From a virus (lineage: Duplodnaviria; Caudoviricetes): a DNA stretch of 38,757 nucleotides. Each line of letters opens with the position of its first letter. The stretch's first letter is position 1. The stretch lies in the IMG/VR virus record IMGVR_UViG_3300021373_001838, positions 1 through 38,757 of that record. The stretch is one strand, 5' to 3'. This document shows positions 1-8,800 of this stretch, one piece after another. The notes under the pieces are model-generated. The model made no database searches and was not told the origin of the DNA. It was given only the letters and a program-made list of their open reading frames with translations. The position numbers and the translations under genes were made by a program.

Positions 1-1923
1 ATGACGAGTAAGAAGATGGGTGTATATGAATCGTTCATACACAAGAGCCGCTACGCACGTTACCTCTGGGAGGAAGGTAGACGTGAGACATGGGAGGAGA
101 CAGTGTTACGCTATGTCAACTTCTGGAAAGACAAGGGGATGATTAACGAGAAGGAAGGTATTGAGATAGCCAATGCTATTGAGAACCTAGAGGTTATGCC
201 TAGTATGCGTAGCCTGATGACAGCTGGCCCTGCCCTTGACCGTGACAACATGGCTGGTTTCAACTGTTCGTACATAGCAGTGGATCATATACGTGTGTTC
301 GATGAGATACTGTACGTCCTGATGTGTGGTACAGGTGTAGGGTTTAGCGTAGAGAGACAATCAGTAAGTAAACTACCAGAGGTAAGTGAAAGGTTTGAAG
401 AAACAGATACAGTTATTAAGGTTGCGGATAGCAAGAAGGGGTGGGCTAAGGCGTTCAAAGAACTCATCAGTCTCCTCTATGCAGGACAGATCCCCAAGTG
501 GGACTTGTCTAAAATCAGAGAGAAAGGTGCGCCTCTCAAGACCTTCGGTGGACGGTCTTCTGGGCCTGAGCCTTTGGATAGCCTGTTCCATTTCACTGTG
601 GGTGTGTTTAAGGCAGCTGTAGGACGTAGGCTGAACAGCCTTGAGTGTCACGACATCGTGTGTAAGACAGCCGAGGTGGTGGTAGTAGGTGGGGTACGTA
701 GGTCAGCACTCATCTCTCTGTCAAACCTCTCAGATGACCGTATGCGAGGAGCTAAGCAGGGTATGTGGTGGGAGACAACAGGTCATCGTGCTCTAGCCAA
801 CAACTCAGCTGTGTACACAGAGCAGCCTGACTTCGAGGTGTTCCTTCGTGAGATGTTAGCACTACATGAGAGCAAGGCAGGTGAGCGAGGTATCTTCTCT
901 CGTCTGGCATCTAAGACACAGGCTGCACGTAATGGGAGGCGGGACATAGAGCATGACTTCGGCACTAACCCTTGCTCTGAGATCATACTACGCAGTGCTC
1001 AGGTTTGTAATTTGTCTGAAGTGGTGGTTAGGAGTACCGATACGTTCGAGGATTTAAACCGTAAGGTACGTGTAGCAGCTATCCTTGGTACGCTACAGTC
1101 TACACTCACTGACTTCGATTATGTACGTGCTGTGTGGAAACGTAACACTGAGGAGGAACGGCTACTGGGTGTGTCACTGACAGGTATCATGGATCATGCT
1201 ATCCTCAGTGGTAAGGAGACCAAGGGTACAGCCTTTGACCACCCTAACCAGCCCAACCTAGCTAAGACATTGGAGCGTCTAAAGCAGACAGCTGTAGACA
1301 CCAACAAGAAGTGGGCTAAGAAGCTGGGCATTGAGCAGAGTACAGCCATCACTTGTGTTAAGCCTAGTGGTACTGTGTCTCAGCTAGTGGACAGTGCATC
1401 AGGTATACATGCTAGGTTCAGTGACTACTACATCAGACGGGTACGTAACGACCTGAAAGACCCTGTCACCGACTTCCTGAAGGAGAGCGGTGTACCTTGG
1501 GAGCAGGATGTTATGAACCCTGAGACTGTAGTGTTCAGCTTCCCTATGAGGGCACCTGACGGAGCTGTCACAGTGGATGAGCAGACAGCATTGAGTCAGC
1601 TGGAGTTGTGGGAGGTGTATCAGGATAGCTGGTGTGAGCACAAACCATCCGTCACTGTGTACTATAGCGATGATGAGTTCCTAGCTATAGGGCAGTGGTT
1701 GTGGGATAAGCTGGACAAGTGTAGCGGTGTGAGTCTGCTACCTAGAACAGACCATGTGTACCAGCAAGCGCCATACGAAGCCATAGACAGGGATGCCTAT
1801 GAGAAGCTCTGTAAGGACATGCCAGCCACGTTAGACTGGAGCCTGCTAGATGGTAGGGAGAATGGGGATAACACCGTAGGAGCGCAGACATTAGCTTGTG
1901 TGTCTGGTCAATGTGAAATATAG
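1..1923 (+). CDS. nrdJ: Class II (adenosylcobalamin-dependent) ribonucleotide reductase
   Basis: MPSMR, FNCSY, GGVRRSALISL, TNPCSEI (thiyl Cys), TCVKPSGT motifs and a C-terminal redox pair ACVSGQCEI. Confidence 0.93.
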   Translation: MTSKKMGVYESFIHKSRYARYLWEEGRRETWEETVLRYVNFWKDKGMINEKEGIEIANAIENLEVMPSMRSLMTAGPALDRDNMAGFNCSYIAVDHIRVFDEILYVLMCGTGVGFSVERQSVSKLPEVSERFEETDTVIKVADSKKGWAKAFKELISLLYAGQIPKWDLSKIREKGAPLKTFGGRSSGPEPLDSLFHFTVGVFKAAVGRRLNSLECHDIVCKTAEVVVVGGVRRSALISLSNLSDDRMRGAKQGMWWETTGHRALANNSAVYTEQPDFEVFLREMLALHESKAGERGIFSRLASKTQAARNGRRDIEHDFGTNPCSEIILRSAQVCNLSEVVVRSTDTFEDLNRKVRVAAILGTLQSTLTDFDYVRAVWKRNTEEERLLGVSLTGIMDHAILSGKETKGTAFDHPNQPNLAKTLERLKQTAVDTNKKWAKKLGIEQSTAITCVKPSGTVSQLVDSASGIHARFSDYYIRRVRNDLKDPVTDFLKESGVPWEQDVMNPETVVFSFPMRAPDGAVTVDEQTALSQLELWEVYQDSWCEHKPSVTVYYSDDEFLAIGQWLWDKLDKCSGVSLLPRTDHVYQQAPYEAIDRDAYEKLCKDMPATLDWSLLDGRENGDNTVGAQTLACVSGQCEI

Positions 1924-1935
1924 GAGACAGTTATG
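1892..1935 (+). repeat. 44-bp direct repeat, copy 1 (nrdJ 3' end + RBS + ATG)
   Basis: TAGCTTGTGTGTCTGGTCAATGTGAAATATAGGAGACAGTTATG; 43/44 identical to 2169-2212. Confidence 0.95.
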
Positions 1936-2163
1936 CTAGATAAGAAGTTCGAGGAACATAAGCAAGTAGAGAGCCTTTGCGAATGGTCTGAGCTAGATGA
2001 GGCTATTACAAGAACGCACGAAATGTCGATGCGCACAACGCAGGTTGAAAGGAGTGTTTACCTTGAGCACCTTCAGAAACTCCTTGAAATAGAGGAGGCG
2101 TTTTTTAGTGCAATCTGCTTACCCCGCTACTGGACCTCTACCGGACTGAACATAGCAACCTGA
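1933..2163 (+). CDS. Hypothetical protein (76 aa) between the two direct repeats
   Basis: AGGAG RBS before the ATG; ORF track. Confidence 0.75.
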   Translation: MLDKKFEEHKQVESLCEWSELDEAITRTHEMSMRTTQVERSVYLEHLQKLLEIEEAFFSAICLPRYWTSTGLNIAT

Positions 2164-2168
2164 AGTTC

Positions 2169-2212
2169 TAGCTTGTGTGTCTGGTCAATGTGAACTATAG
2201 GAGACAGTTATG
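2169..2212 (+). repeat. 44-bp direct repeat, copy 2
   Basis: TAGCTTGTGTGTCTGGTCAATGTGAACTATAGGAGACAGTTATG. Confidence 0.95.
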
Positions 2213-2383
2213 GAAGGATATGAGTTCAGCACTTACGATGAGATGATGACGTTTATGCAGGAGAGAGGGCCAGTGAGACAGTTTCAGGTATTGTATCTGG
2301 AGGGGGAGGAGGAGGAAGACCTCCCCCCTGTCTGGTCACTCACCATCCCTAACTCTGAGACAAGTGAGGCGTATGCAGATTAG
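2210..2383 (+). CDS. Small acidic hypothetical protein (57 aa, MEGYEFSTYDEMM...EAYAD), not in ORF track
   Basis: Manual translation; AGGAG RBS; stop overlaps the stop of the convergent minus-strand gene. Confidence 0.7.
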   Translation: MEGYEFSTYDEMMTFMQERGPVRQFQVLYLEGEEEEDLPPVWSLTIPNSETSEAYAD

Positions 2384-2583
2384 TCCTCATCCTCATCACT
2401 AGCTTGGAACAGTGCAACCTGAAGCTCTAGCTTAACAGCTTCCAGTGCTCCCACTATATAGGTGGGATGCACTGTTTCCATAGCATCTACTACCGCAATC
2501 CTCAGTGTCTCCTCTAGGATTATCCCCGCCTCTATAGCACTCTCTTCTCTCTTACGATCTAAGAAACTATTATCTACAGCCAT
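2380..2583 (-). CDS. Hypothetical protein (67 aa), last gene of the late arm
   Basis: AGGAG RBS upstream; follows the 146-aa gene in the operon. Confidence 0.75.
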   Translation of the reverse strand: MAVDNSFLDRKREESAIEAGIILEETLRIAVVDAMETVHPTYIVGALEAVKLELQVALFQASDEDED

Positions 2584-2592
2584 GATGTTCTC

Positions 2593-3033
2593 CTATATAT
2601 TAAACCAAACAACAACACCTGTCACTGCACCAGCCACCCAATACCACTTGTGGTAGTGCTTCTTACTATTGTCGTGCAACATTGAAGCAGCGTCTACGTG
2701 TTCTCTAGCAGCAGCTAGTCCACCCGCCTGTCTAAAGAATACATTAAAGAAAGGCCCAAAGCCTAAAAGGATTGGGGCTATCTGCCACTTCAATATAAAG
2801 GCAAGCCATGTCACACCCCAGTATAGGTTGTCTAAGAAGTTAGAAACAAACCCAACCCATATGCCTCGCGCTAGTTTGCTTGACGCTGCATTGATACCTT
2901 CTGACCTAAAGCTACGCTTAAAGGCAGGCCACCAGAGGTAGGCTATCTCTATGCAGTAGCAAAGAAAAGGAATTGTAAGTGCAATAGATACTACAGTGTA
3001 GAAATCTGACCACTTGTCTAAGAACTCCATCAA
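2593..3033 (-). CDS. Multi-pass membrane protein (possible lysis accessory or holin)
   Basis: Several hydrophobic segments; ATGA overlap with the upstream gene; two genes after a muramidase. Confidence 0.6.
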   Translation of the reverse strand: MMEFLDKWSDFYTVVSIALTIPFLCYCIEIAYLWWPAFKRSFRSEGINAASSKLARGIWVGFVSNFLDNLYWGVTWLAFILKWQIAPILLGFGPFFNVFFRQAGGLAAAREHVDAASMLHDNSKKHYHKWYWVAGAVTGVVVWFNI

Positions 3034-3287
3034 TCATTCCCTCTTGCTATCATTAAAGTTTCGATGTGCATACGCTCCATCATCTCTAGTTTACCCTTGA
3101 ACTCACCGAGTTCTTTGTTCATCTCTGCCCTAGCTTCTGCATCCAGTAGCCTAGCATTCTCACAGGACTTCCTGTCCTTGTACACCATAACAACAACCCA
3201 TCCTAATACTAACAGGCACACGACAAGGAAGCCAAGTATCCCTAGCTTCTCTGCCTCTGTTGCTACAGCGACTACGTTATCCATCAA
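3030..3287 (-). CDS. Single-TM protein with coiled-coil tail (holin/antiholin-like)
   Basis: LGILGFLVVCLLVLGWVVVMVY TM segment; start overlaps the muramidase stop. Confidence 0.6.
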   Translation of the reverse strand: MMDNVVAVATEAEKLGILGFLVVCLLVLGWVVVMVYKDRKSCENARLLDAEARAEMNKELGEFKGKLEMMERMHIETLMIARGND

Positions 3288-3994
3288 AACAGCTTAGCCT
3301 CCGCCTTTCTTCTGCTGTCATAGGCATCTTGGAAATTGTTAAGGTTGGCCTTAGCCCCCTTCCAATCACCTGTCGTGACCTGACTCCAGTAGTTCTTAGG
3401 CCATGTGCTTTTCTCTTTGTCCATCCCATACTGGAAGAACACAGATGCCACAGCTGTCTGCTTACCTGATGGCAGGTCTTCAAACTCAGTCTTAGATTCC
3501 TTATCGAACTGTGTCTTAATCTCATCTAAGATGCTGGACTTAACCTTACTGTTCAACTCATCTGTCTCTTCTTTACTAAGGGACAAGGGGTTGGCCTTGA
3601 CAAAATCTAAAGCAGCCTGCTTCTTCTTGCCGCCATAAGGGGACAGTTTGGCTATCAAGGCTTCCGAGACACCTACCTCTTTTAGCTTGTCGCTAGTCCA
3701 AGCACCTAGATCTATACCCATGCCCACGGTAGGGCCGCTAGTGCCTAGCACCTTGTTGTCCTTAGTAGGTACATACACACTTGTCTCGTTACCTTCTCGC
3801 TCAGCAATGAATCCCCAGTCAACAGAACCAGCCTCTTCCACAGGTGTGAGCTTACCTACTGGCTGAGCCTCGTCCACCACTGTCAAAGCTCCGACAGGTT
3901 GTGGGTCTTCCACTACTGTTAGCTTACCTACTGGCTGACTACTGTTCACGGACATACTTGCCACCAACAACCCTAAACTTATTACCTTCTTCAT
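3284..3994 (-). CDS. Pesticin-C-terminal-like muramidase (endolysin or virion-associated lysozyme); alternative start at 3955
   Basis: VDWGFIAEREG...YVP...SGPTVGMGIDLG and QTAVASVFFQYG...SRRKAEAKL, typical of pesticin/T4-lysozyme-fold muramidases. Confidence 0.8.
   Translation of the reverse strand: MKKVISLGLLVASMSVNSSQPVGKLTVVEDPQPVGALTVVDEAQPVGKLTPVEEAGSVDWGFIAEREGNETSVYVPTKDNKVLGTSGPTVGMGIDLGAWTSDKLKEVGVSEALIAKLSPYGGKKKQAALDFVKANPLSLSKEETDELNSKVKSSILDEIKTQFDKESKTEFEDLPSGKQTAVASVFFQYGMDKEKSTWPKNYWSQVTTGDWKGAKANLNNFQDAYDSRRKAEAKLF
3833..3938 (-). repeat. Three 12-aa tandem repeats QPVG(K/A)LT(V/P)V(E/D) at the muramidase N-terminus
   Basis: Visible in protein; exact 18-bp DNA repeat at 3849-3866 and 3921-3938. 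Confidence 0.9.
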
Positions 3995-5834
3995 CTTGTA
4001 GTAACGTCCCTTCAGGTTCTATTAGTGGGCCTTGTCCTGCACCACCGCTCTGCTGTTCATTCTCGCTAGGCACATCTCCAAACTGAGGGGCTATATCTTG
4101 CAGGTCTTCTATGTTTGCCAGACCATACTTAGCATACTCTGAATACAGCTCAACAATACCCCTAACCATATTCTCGCTTACCTTTCTACGATAGAAAGCA
4201 TTTGCATCGTTAAACACTTCGTCTGGTACAGTTTGTATAAAGACTGGAGTGATAGAACCGTCATTGTTCTCTTGCAACCTAACCTCGGGTGCTCCAACCC
4301 AGTCTGTTATTTGACCCTTTACGCGATTAAGTTGTGCTCTCAGTGTACCAGAGACAGCATCTCTAGCCTTAGCCTCGTTACCATGTTCACTCTTAGAGTC
4401 TGCTGATATTTTCCTAGCCTTGCTTTTAAGACTATCCATAGCCTCGATAAATGTACCGTCATCTTTTATCTGAGCAGACGCTCGGTACCCATCTATGAAG
4501 TCAAGCTGTGCTCTGAATGCAGCACCCGATATAGGCTCTGTACGTGCCGTACCAAGCGATGCCACCATAGTAACAAGGGATGGGTTAGTCTCACCTATGT
4601 CCTGTGTCTCCTGCAAGGTCACACCTTCCGTAGTTTGCTGGACAATAAGCTCCATTGCTTTAGCTTGCATGTCCTTCACAGCCCTTGCATTGGCACCAGC
4701 GAAAGCCTCTTCTCCCATAAGTCTTAGGAAGTTCTGAGATACCTGTGGGTCAAGGATGTCGAACGCTAGCTTCTGACCACCAACACCTAGTACACCACCT
4801 GTTGACAGACCCTGTACCTCGGCAGAGGTCAGTGGAGTCCTAAGCTCAGTGAGTTTAATTCGGAGGTCTTGAGCATCATCTGCTTGTTTCTTAGTATCAA
4901 AATCGTTTAACATATCGAAGTGAGTAACCAACCAATACTCTTGCTCAGCATCTAACTCTTCATATAAAGACTTAACTAAAGCAGGGTCTACTATCTCGCC
5001 CCTCTCACCCGCAGCGGATACCATCTTGCCTATATGACTACGTGCTTCCTGTATAGTCGCAGCAACAGTAGCCTTATACTCTAACTCTGCCTCACCCTTA
5101 CGCAAACCACCTGCCTCAGCTATTGATTGACTCAATGCCCTAGCAGCAGTATCGTTTATAGCTGTACCTATTGAGGCAACATGCCCACTTATCTCAGACA
5201 AGGAGCGACTACCTTTATTAACCATCTCCTGTACGTACATCTGCTTGCCAACAAAGATGGCTTCCTCAGCAGTTCCCCAAGAACCTACTCCGTATTGTGC
5301 ATCAAGAGATGCCTTCATCTCTAACCTAGCACCAGCTTGCGGGTCTTGATATGTGGCTATGCTGCTGCCAAATATCTGATTGACATTCTGCTGCAACCCT
5401 AGATGCTGTACGTTGTTAAGAGACTCCTTCCATAGAGAGTTCCGTCTTATATTATAGGCAGTCTCGTTCAACATCCCGCTTTTCTTTGCGCTGTCTAATC
5501 TATCAACATCCCTCTGTACTGTCTGTAGCCACTTTTTATCAGCTTCATCGAAACCCTCTGCATCGTTAGCCCTACTAGCTATCTGTGCCTGTAGGTCAGC
5601 ATCCTCTTGGCGTAACATCATGCGCTCAGTGTCCAAGTCTATCAGAGATTGTGTAGCAGAACCTATGGCTTCACCTCTAGCAACGACCTCTTGCTCTGCT
5701 CGTACCTCTGCCTGCTTCTGTGCGGCAAAGCCAAATAGATTAGACAAAGCCCCTATGCCCTGAGCCACTGTGTTGTCTTGTACGCCACGTTCTGCTCGCA
5801 TGTGTCTTACGTCTGCTTCTGGTAGATATGCCAT
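3939..5834 (-). CDS. Putative internal virion (ejection) protein, 631 aa
   Basis: Ala/Gln-rich helical composition; position after the largest virion protein. Confidence 0.65.
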   Translation of the reverse strand: MAYLPEADVRHMRAERGVQDNTVAQGIGALSNLFGFAAQKQAEVRAEQEVVARGEAIGSATQSLIDLDTERMMLRQEDADLQAQIASRANDAEGFDEADKKWLQTVQRDVDRLDSAKKSGMLNETAYNIRRNSLWKESLNNVQHLGLQQNVNQIFGSSIATYQDPQAGARLEMKASLDAQYGVGSWGTAEEAIFVGKQMYVQEMVNKGSRSLSEISGHVASIGTAINDTAARALSQSIAEAGGLRKGEAELEYKATVAATIQEARSHIGKMVSAAGERGEIVDPALVKSLYEELDAEQEYWLVTHFDMLNDFDTKKQADDAQDLRIKLTELRTPLTSAEVQGLSTGGVLGVGGQKLAFDILDPQVSQNFLRLMGEEAFAGANARAVKDMQAKAMELIVQQTTEGVTLQETQDIGETNPSLVTMVASLGTARTEPISGAAFRAQLDFIDGYRASAQIKDDGTFIEAMDSLKSKARKISADSKSEHGNEAKARDAVSGTLRAQLNRVKGQITDWVGAPEVRLQENNDGSITPVFIQTVPDEVFNDANAFYRRKVSENMVRGIVELYSEYAKYGLANIEDLQDIAPQFGDVPSENEQQSGGAGQGPLIEPEGTLLQDEEGNKFRVVGGKYVREQ

Positions 5835-8800
5835 TACCTTTCCTCGTTCAATAGTGTTCCAGCTTCAAGAGGCATAGTACCTCCGTTGCCGATATAGTCT
5901 TTAGTGAATGCTTCCGATTGCTTGGTGAACATGCTATCGCCAGACACTGTGCTTCTGTTAAAGTTTCTGTCTATTGTTCTGCCTGCTTCTGTGTTAGCAT
6001 ACGGCCCCATGATGGCAGCCCTACGTGCTCTCCATAGTTCAACATTCCCTGTTATCATAAAGCTCTCATACGCATGTCGTAGATCCTCTGTGGTTTGTCT
6101 AATAGAGTCCCTGCTTTCTTTGTTGTACTCATACGCTCTCCACAATGCGTTCTCAATGTCTGTCTCAAAACCAAAAGCTCTTGCCATAGCTGTCTGCCAG
6201 TTAAGACCAAGCTCTTCAGTAGTAAGTATGACAGTGCCACGCTTACTTCTCAAACCCATGCCGTAGTGTTTTGCGAACATTGCCTTACGTGCGTTACTCC
6301 ATGTAGAAGTAGTAGAGGCGAGGCCGTCCAACACACCAACAAGCTCTTGACCAAGGGTAGCAGGTGAGGGGTATGTGTAGATGTTTCGAGCAGCCTCGTA
6401 TGTCCTAACTACTGCATCCTTTCCTCTCATTATGCTGTTACCACCAGCACCCAGTGCTACATCTATAACATCCACATCCACATCGTTGCCTGACATGTGG
6501 TCAACAAAAGCAAGCACAAGCTGTGTTGCTAAGTTAGACTTCAAACCAGCCAGCAAGTTACCACTCTCTGAAAAGTTATTCTCAATACCTAGCGTGTCCA
6601 GCATAACTCCCCAAACACCTTCCTCAAGACCCTCCATCACTGTAGGGTTGTCCTTTTCAATCTCAAGAGGTGTTGTGCCTAAAGCCTCTGCACCAGCAGC
6701 TAGGAAATCTTCAGCAAGAGGTACACCTACAGTGCCATACAAAACTATCTGACCTGCAAGTACGCTAAGCTTCTCCTTGTCTGTCCACTTACCTGTCCCA
6801 CCTTTTGTAGCTGGAAGCATGTTCTCTGCAAACTTAGCGAACACCTGTTGGAACTGGGTAGGAACACCGAGTACATTGGTCTGCCATACAGCAGCGTTCT
6901 CAGCCTGTAGGTTCATGTGCATACGCAGTGTCTCTTCAGACAAGGACTTAGGTGTTACCTCTTTACCCTCATCTCTTAGGTTCCTCTTGGCTATGTTCCA
7001 AGCAATCAATCGGCCAGACATCTCACCTTCTTCGTAGAAGATACGACCAGCCTTAGCTGCCTTCCTAAAACCTTGGAAGGTACTGCTACCTATACCAGCT
7101 ACGTTAGCATCAAAGTCAGCAGTACGCACAATAGCGTCAAGAATACCGCTATCCTTTATGCTCTTTATGTTCTCTACGAACTTGGCCTCATCCATCTTAG
7201 CTCGTCTGGCAACCTCTCTCCATACATCTGGGTTGTCACTAAGGATAGCAGCCCTTGTTGGTAGGTATTCTGCTACGGCCTTAGCACCATTGATAGGGTG
7301 CATACTTAAAGCTAACGAAGCATTCTGTGCCTGTACCCATAACTGTCTTACGTTAAACCAACCCAAGTGCAGGTTGAAAGTCAAACCTTTCAGCGCCCTA
7401 ACTGGGTCTTTGTGTATCTGGTTAAGCACCCAATCGCCCCCTTTGTTCAAGGAACTTGAGCTGCTTCCTTCCATTATGTTACCGATGTCTCGCATAGTGT
7501 TGGAGAAAAAGGTTTCTTGTTCAGAAGGTATGTTCAAAGACCTGCGTAGGTATTCCCTAGCATCGTTCATCAGCTTTGTAGAGTGTGGCGATAGGTTTAG
7601 CTTAGCATCGAAACCGTCTGCCTTAGACAGGCTCCAGTCCCGACCTTCCATCTTAGCTATCTGGTTTACTGTATTCCTCCACTGCTCCACCATAGACATA
7701 CGGTAGGTATTGGTAGGCATTATATCACTGATACCTTGTATGTACCGTTGTGTTGCCTGAGCAGCACTCAGCCTCTCTGGTCGGAAGTCCTCTGCTCCGT
7801 CTATACCCTTAACCATGAGAGGGGATGTCTTACGGTGGCTAGTGTACAACCCTCCATAAGAGTCAGCATTGTTGTTCAGCTTCTCAAACTCACTAAACTC
7901 TCTGTCCTCTCTTACCTGTAGCTTCTCGTATCCAGAGTTAGGATCAGCATGTAGTTCGTCTACGTACTTCTGAGCATCCGCTTTCTTCTGGAAGGCATAC
8001 AGTGTTTCGTTGTGTACCCCGTCCATGTTCTTAACAAAGTAGTAACCAGATCGGTAGATACGTGGGACATATCCTGCACTGTAGTTAAGCACCTGTTTAG
8101 GCAAGGCAGTCACTCTTTCCTCACGAACCAAAGCCCACGTAGCTCTGCCTTTCTCCCCCTTCTTAATAAGCATAGGTTCTGCTAACTTTACAGCCTTGTA
8201 CCCTGCATCTGTTAGCTTCTTCTTGCTGTGCTCATTCTTAGAACCAAGAAACCTAGCCTCTTTGTTGAACATGTTGTCTATTACAAACACATCAGCATCG
8301 TTAAGCTGCTTAGCTATACCACGAGTGTCCTCGTAGACTTTACCCATCATCTGTAAAGAAGCGCCACTCTTGCCATTGTAGTTTATGTTCTTAAAACCCA
8401 TGAACTTGAACTGGTTGTACATCATGTCATTTCTGAACATGTGCAGCTCGTCATAGAAGGCTCGCTTCTTGTAGTATGCTCTTATCACATCATCGCTATA
8501 CTCTTTCTTTATACCCTGCTTGTCGAGGTGTATCTCTTTCATACCGTAACGAAGTTCTTTGTATGTAAATACCGTAGACTCCTCATCACCTAGCTGCATC
8601 AATGTATCTACATCAATACCGTCCTGCTTAGACAAACCCTTCTCAATATCTTTATACTTCTTAGACAAGGTGTTAGCCAGCTTAGCTGACTGCTGACCTG
8701 CATAAGTTATATTGCTTATGAACTCACCTAGCATCTCTCTCCACACTACGTCAGGAGAGAACACCTTACGCAGCGCAGGTATTACATTACTCTTAGCTAA

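Noticed and set aside
2302-2327. GGGGGAGG/CCTCCCCC hairpin as a terminator at the convergence point
   Set aside because: No U-tract on either strand and it lies within the 57-aa ORF
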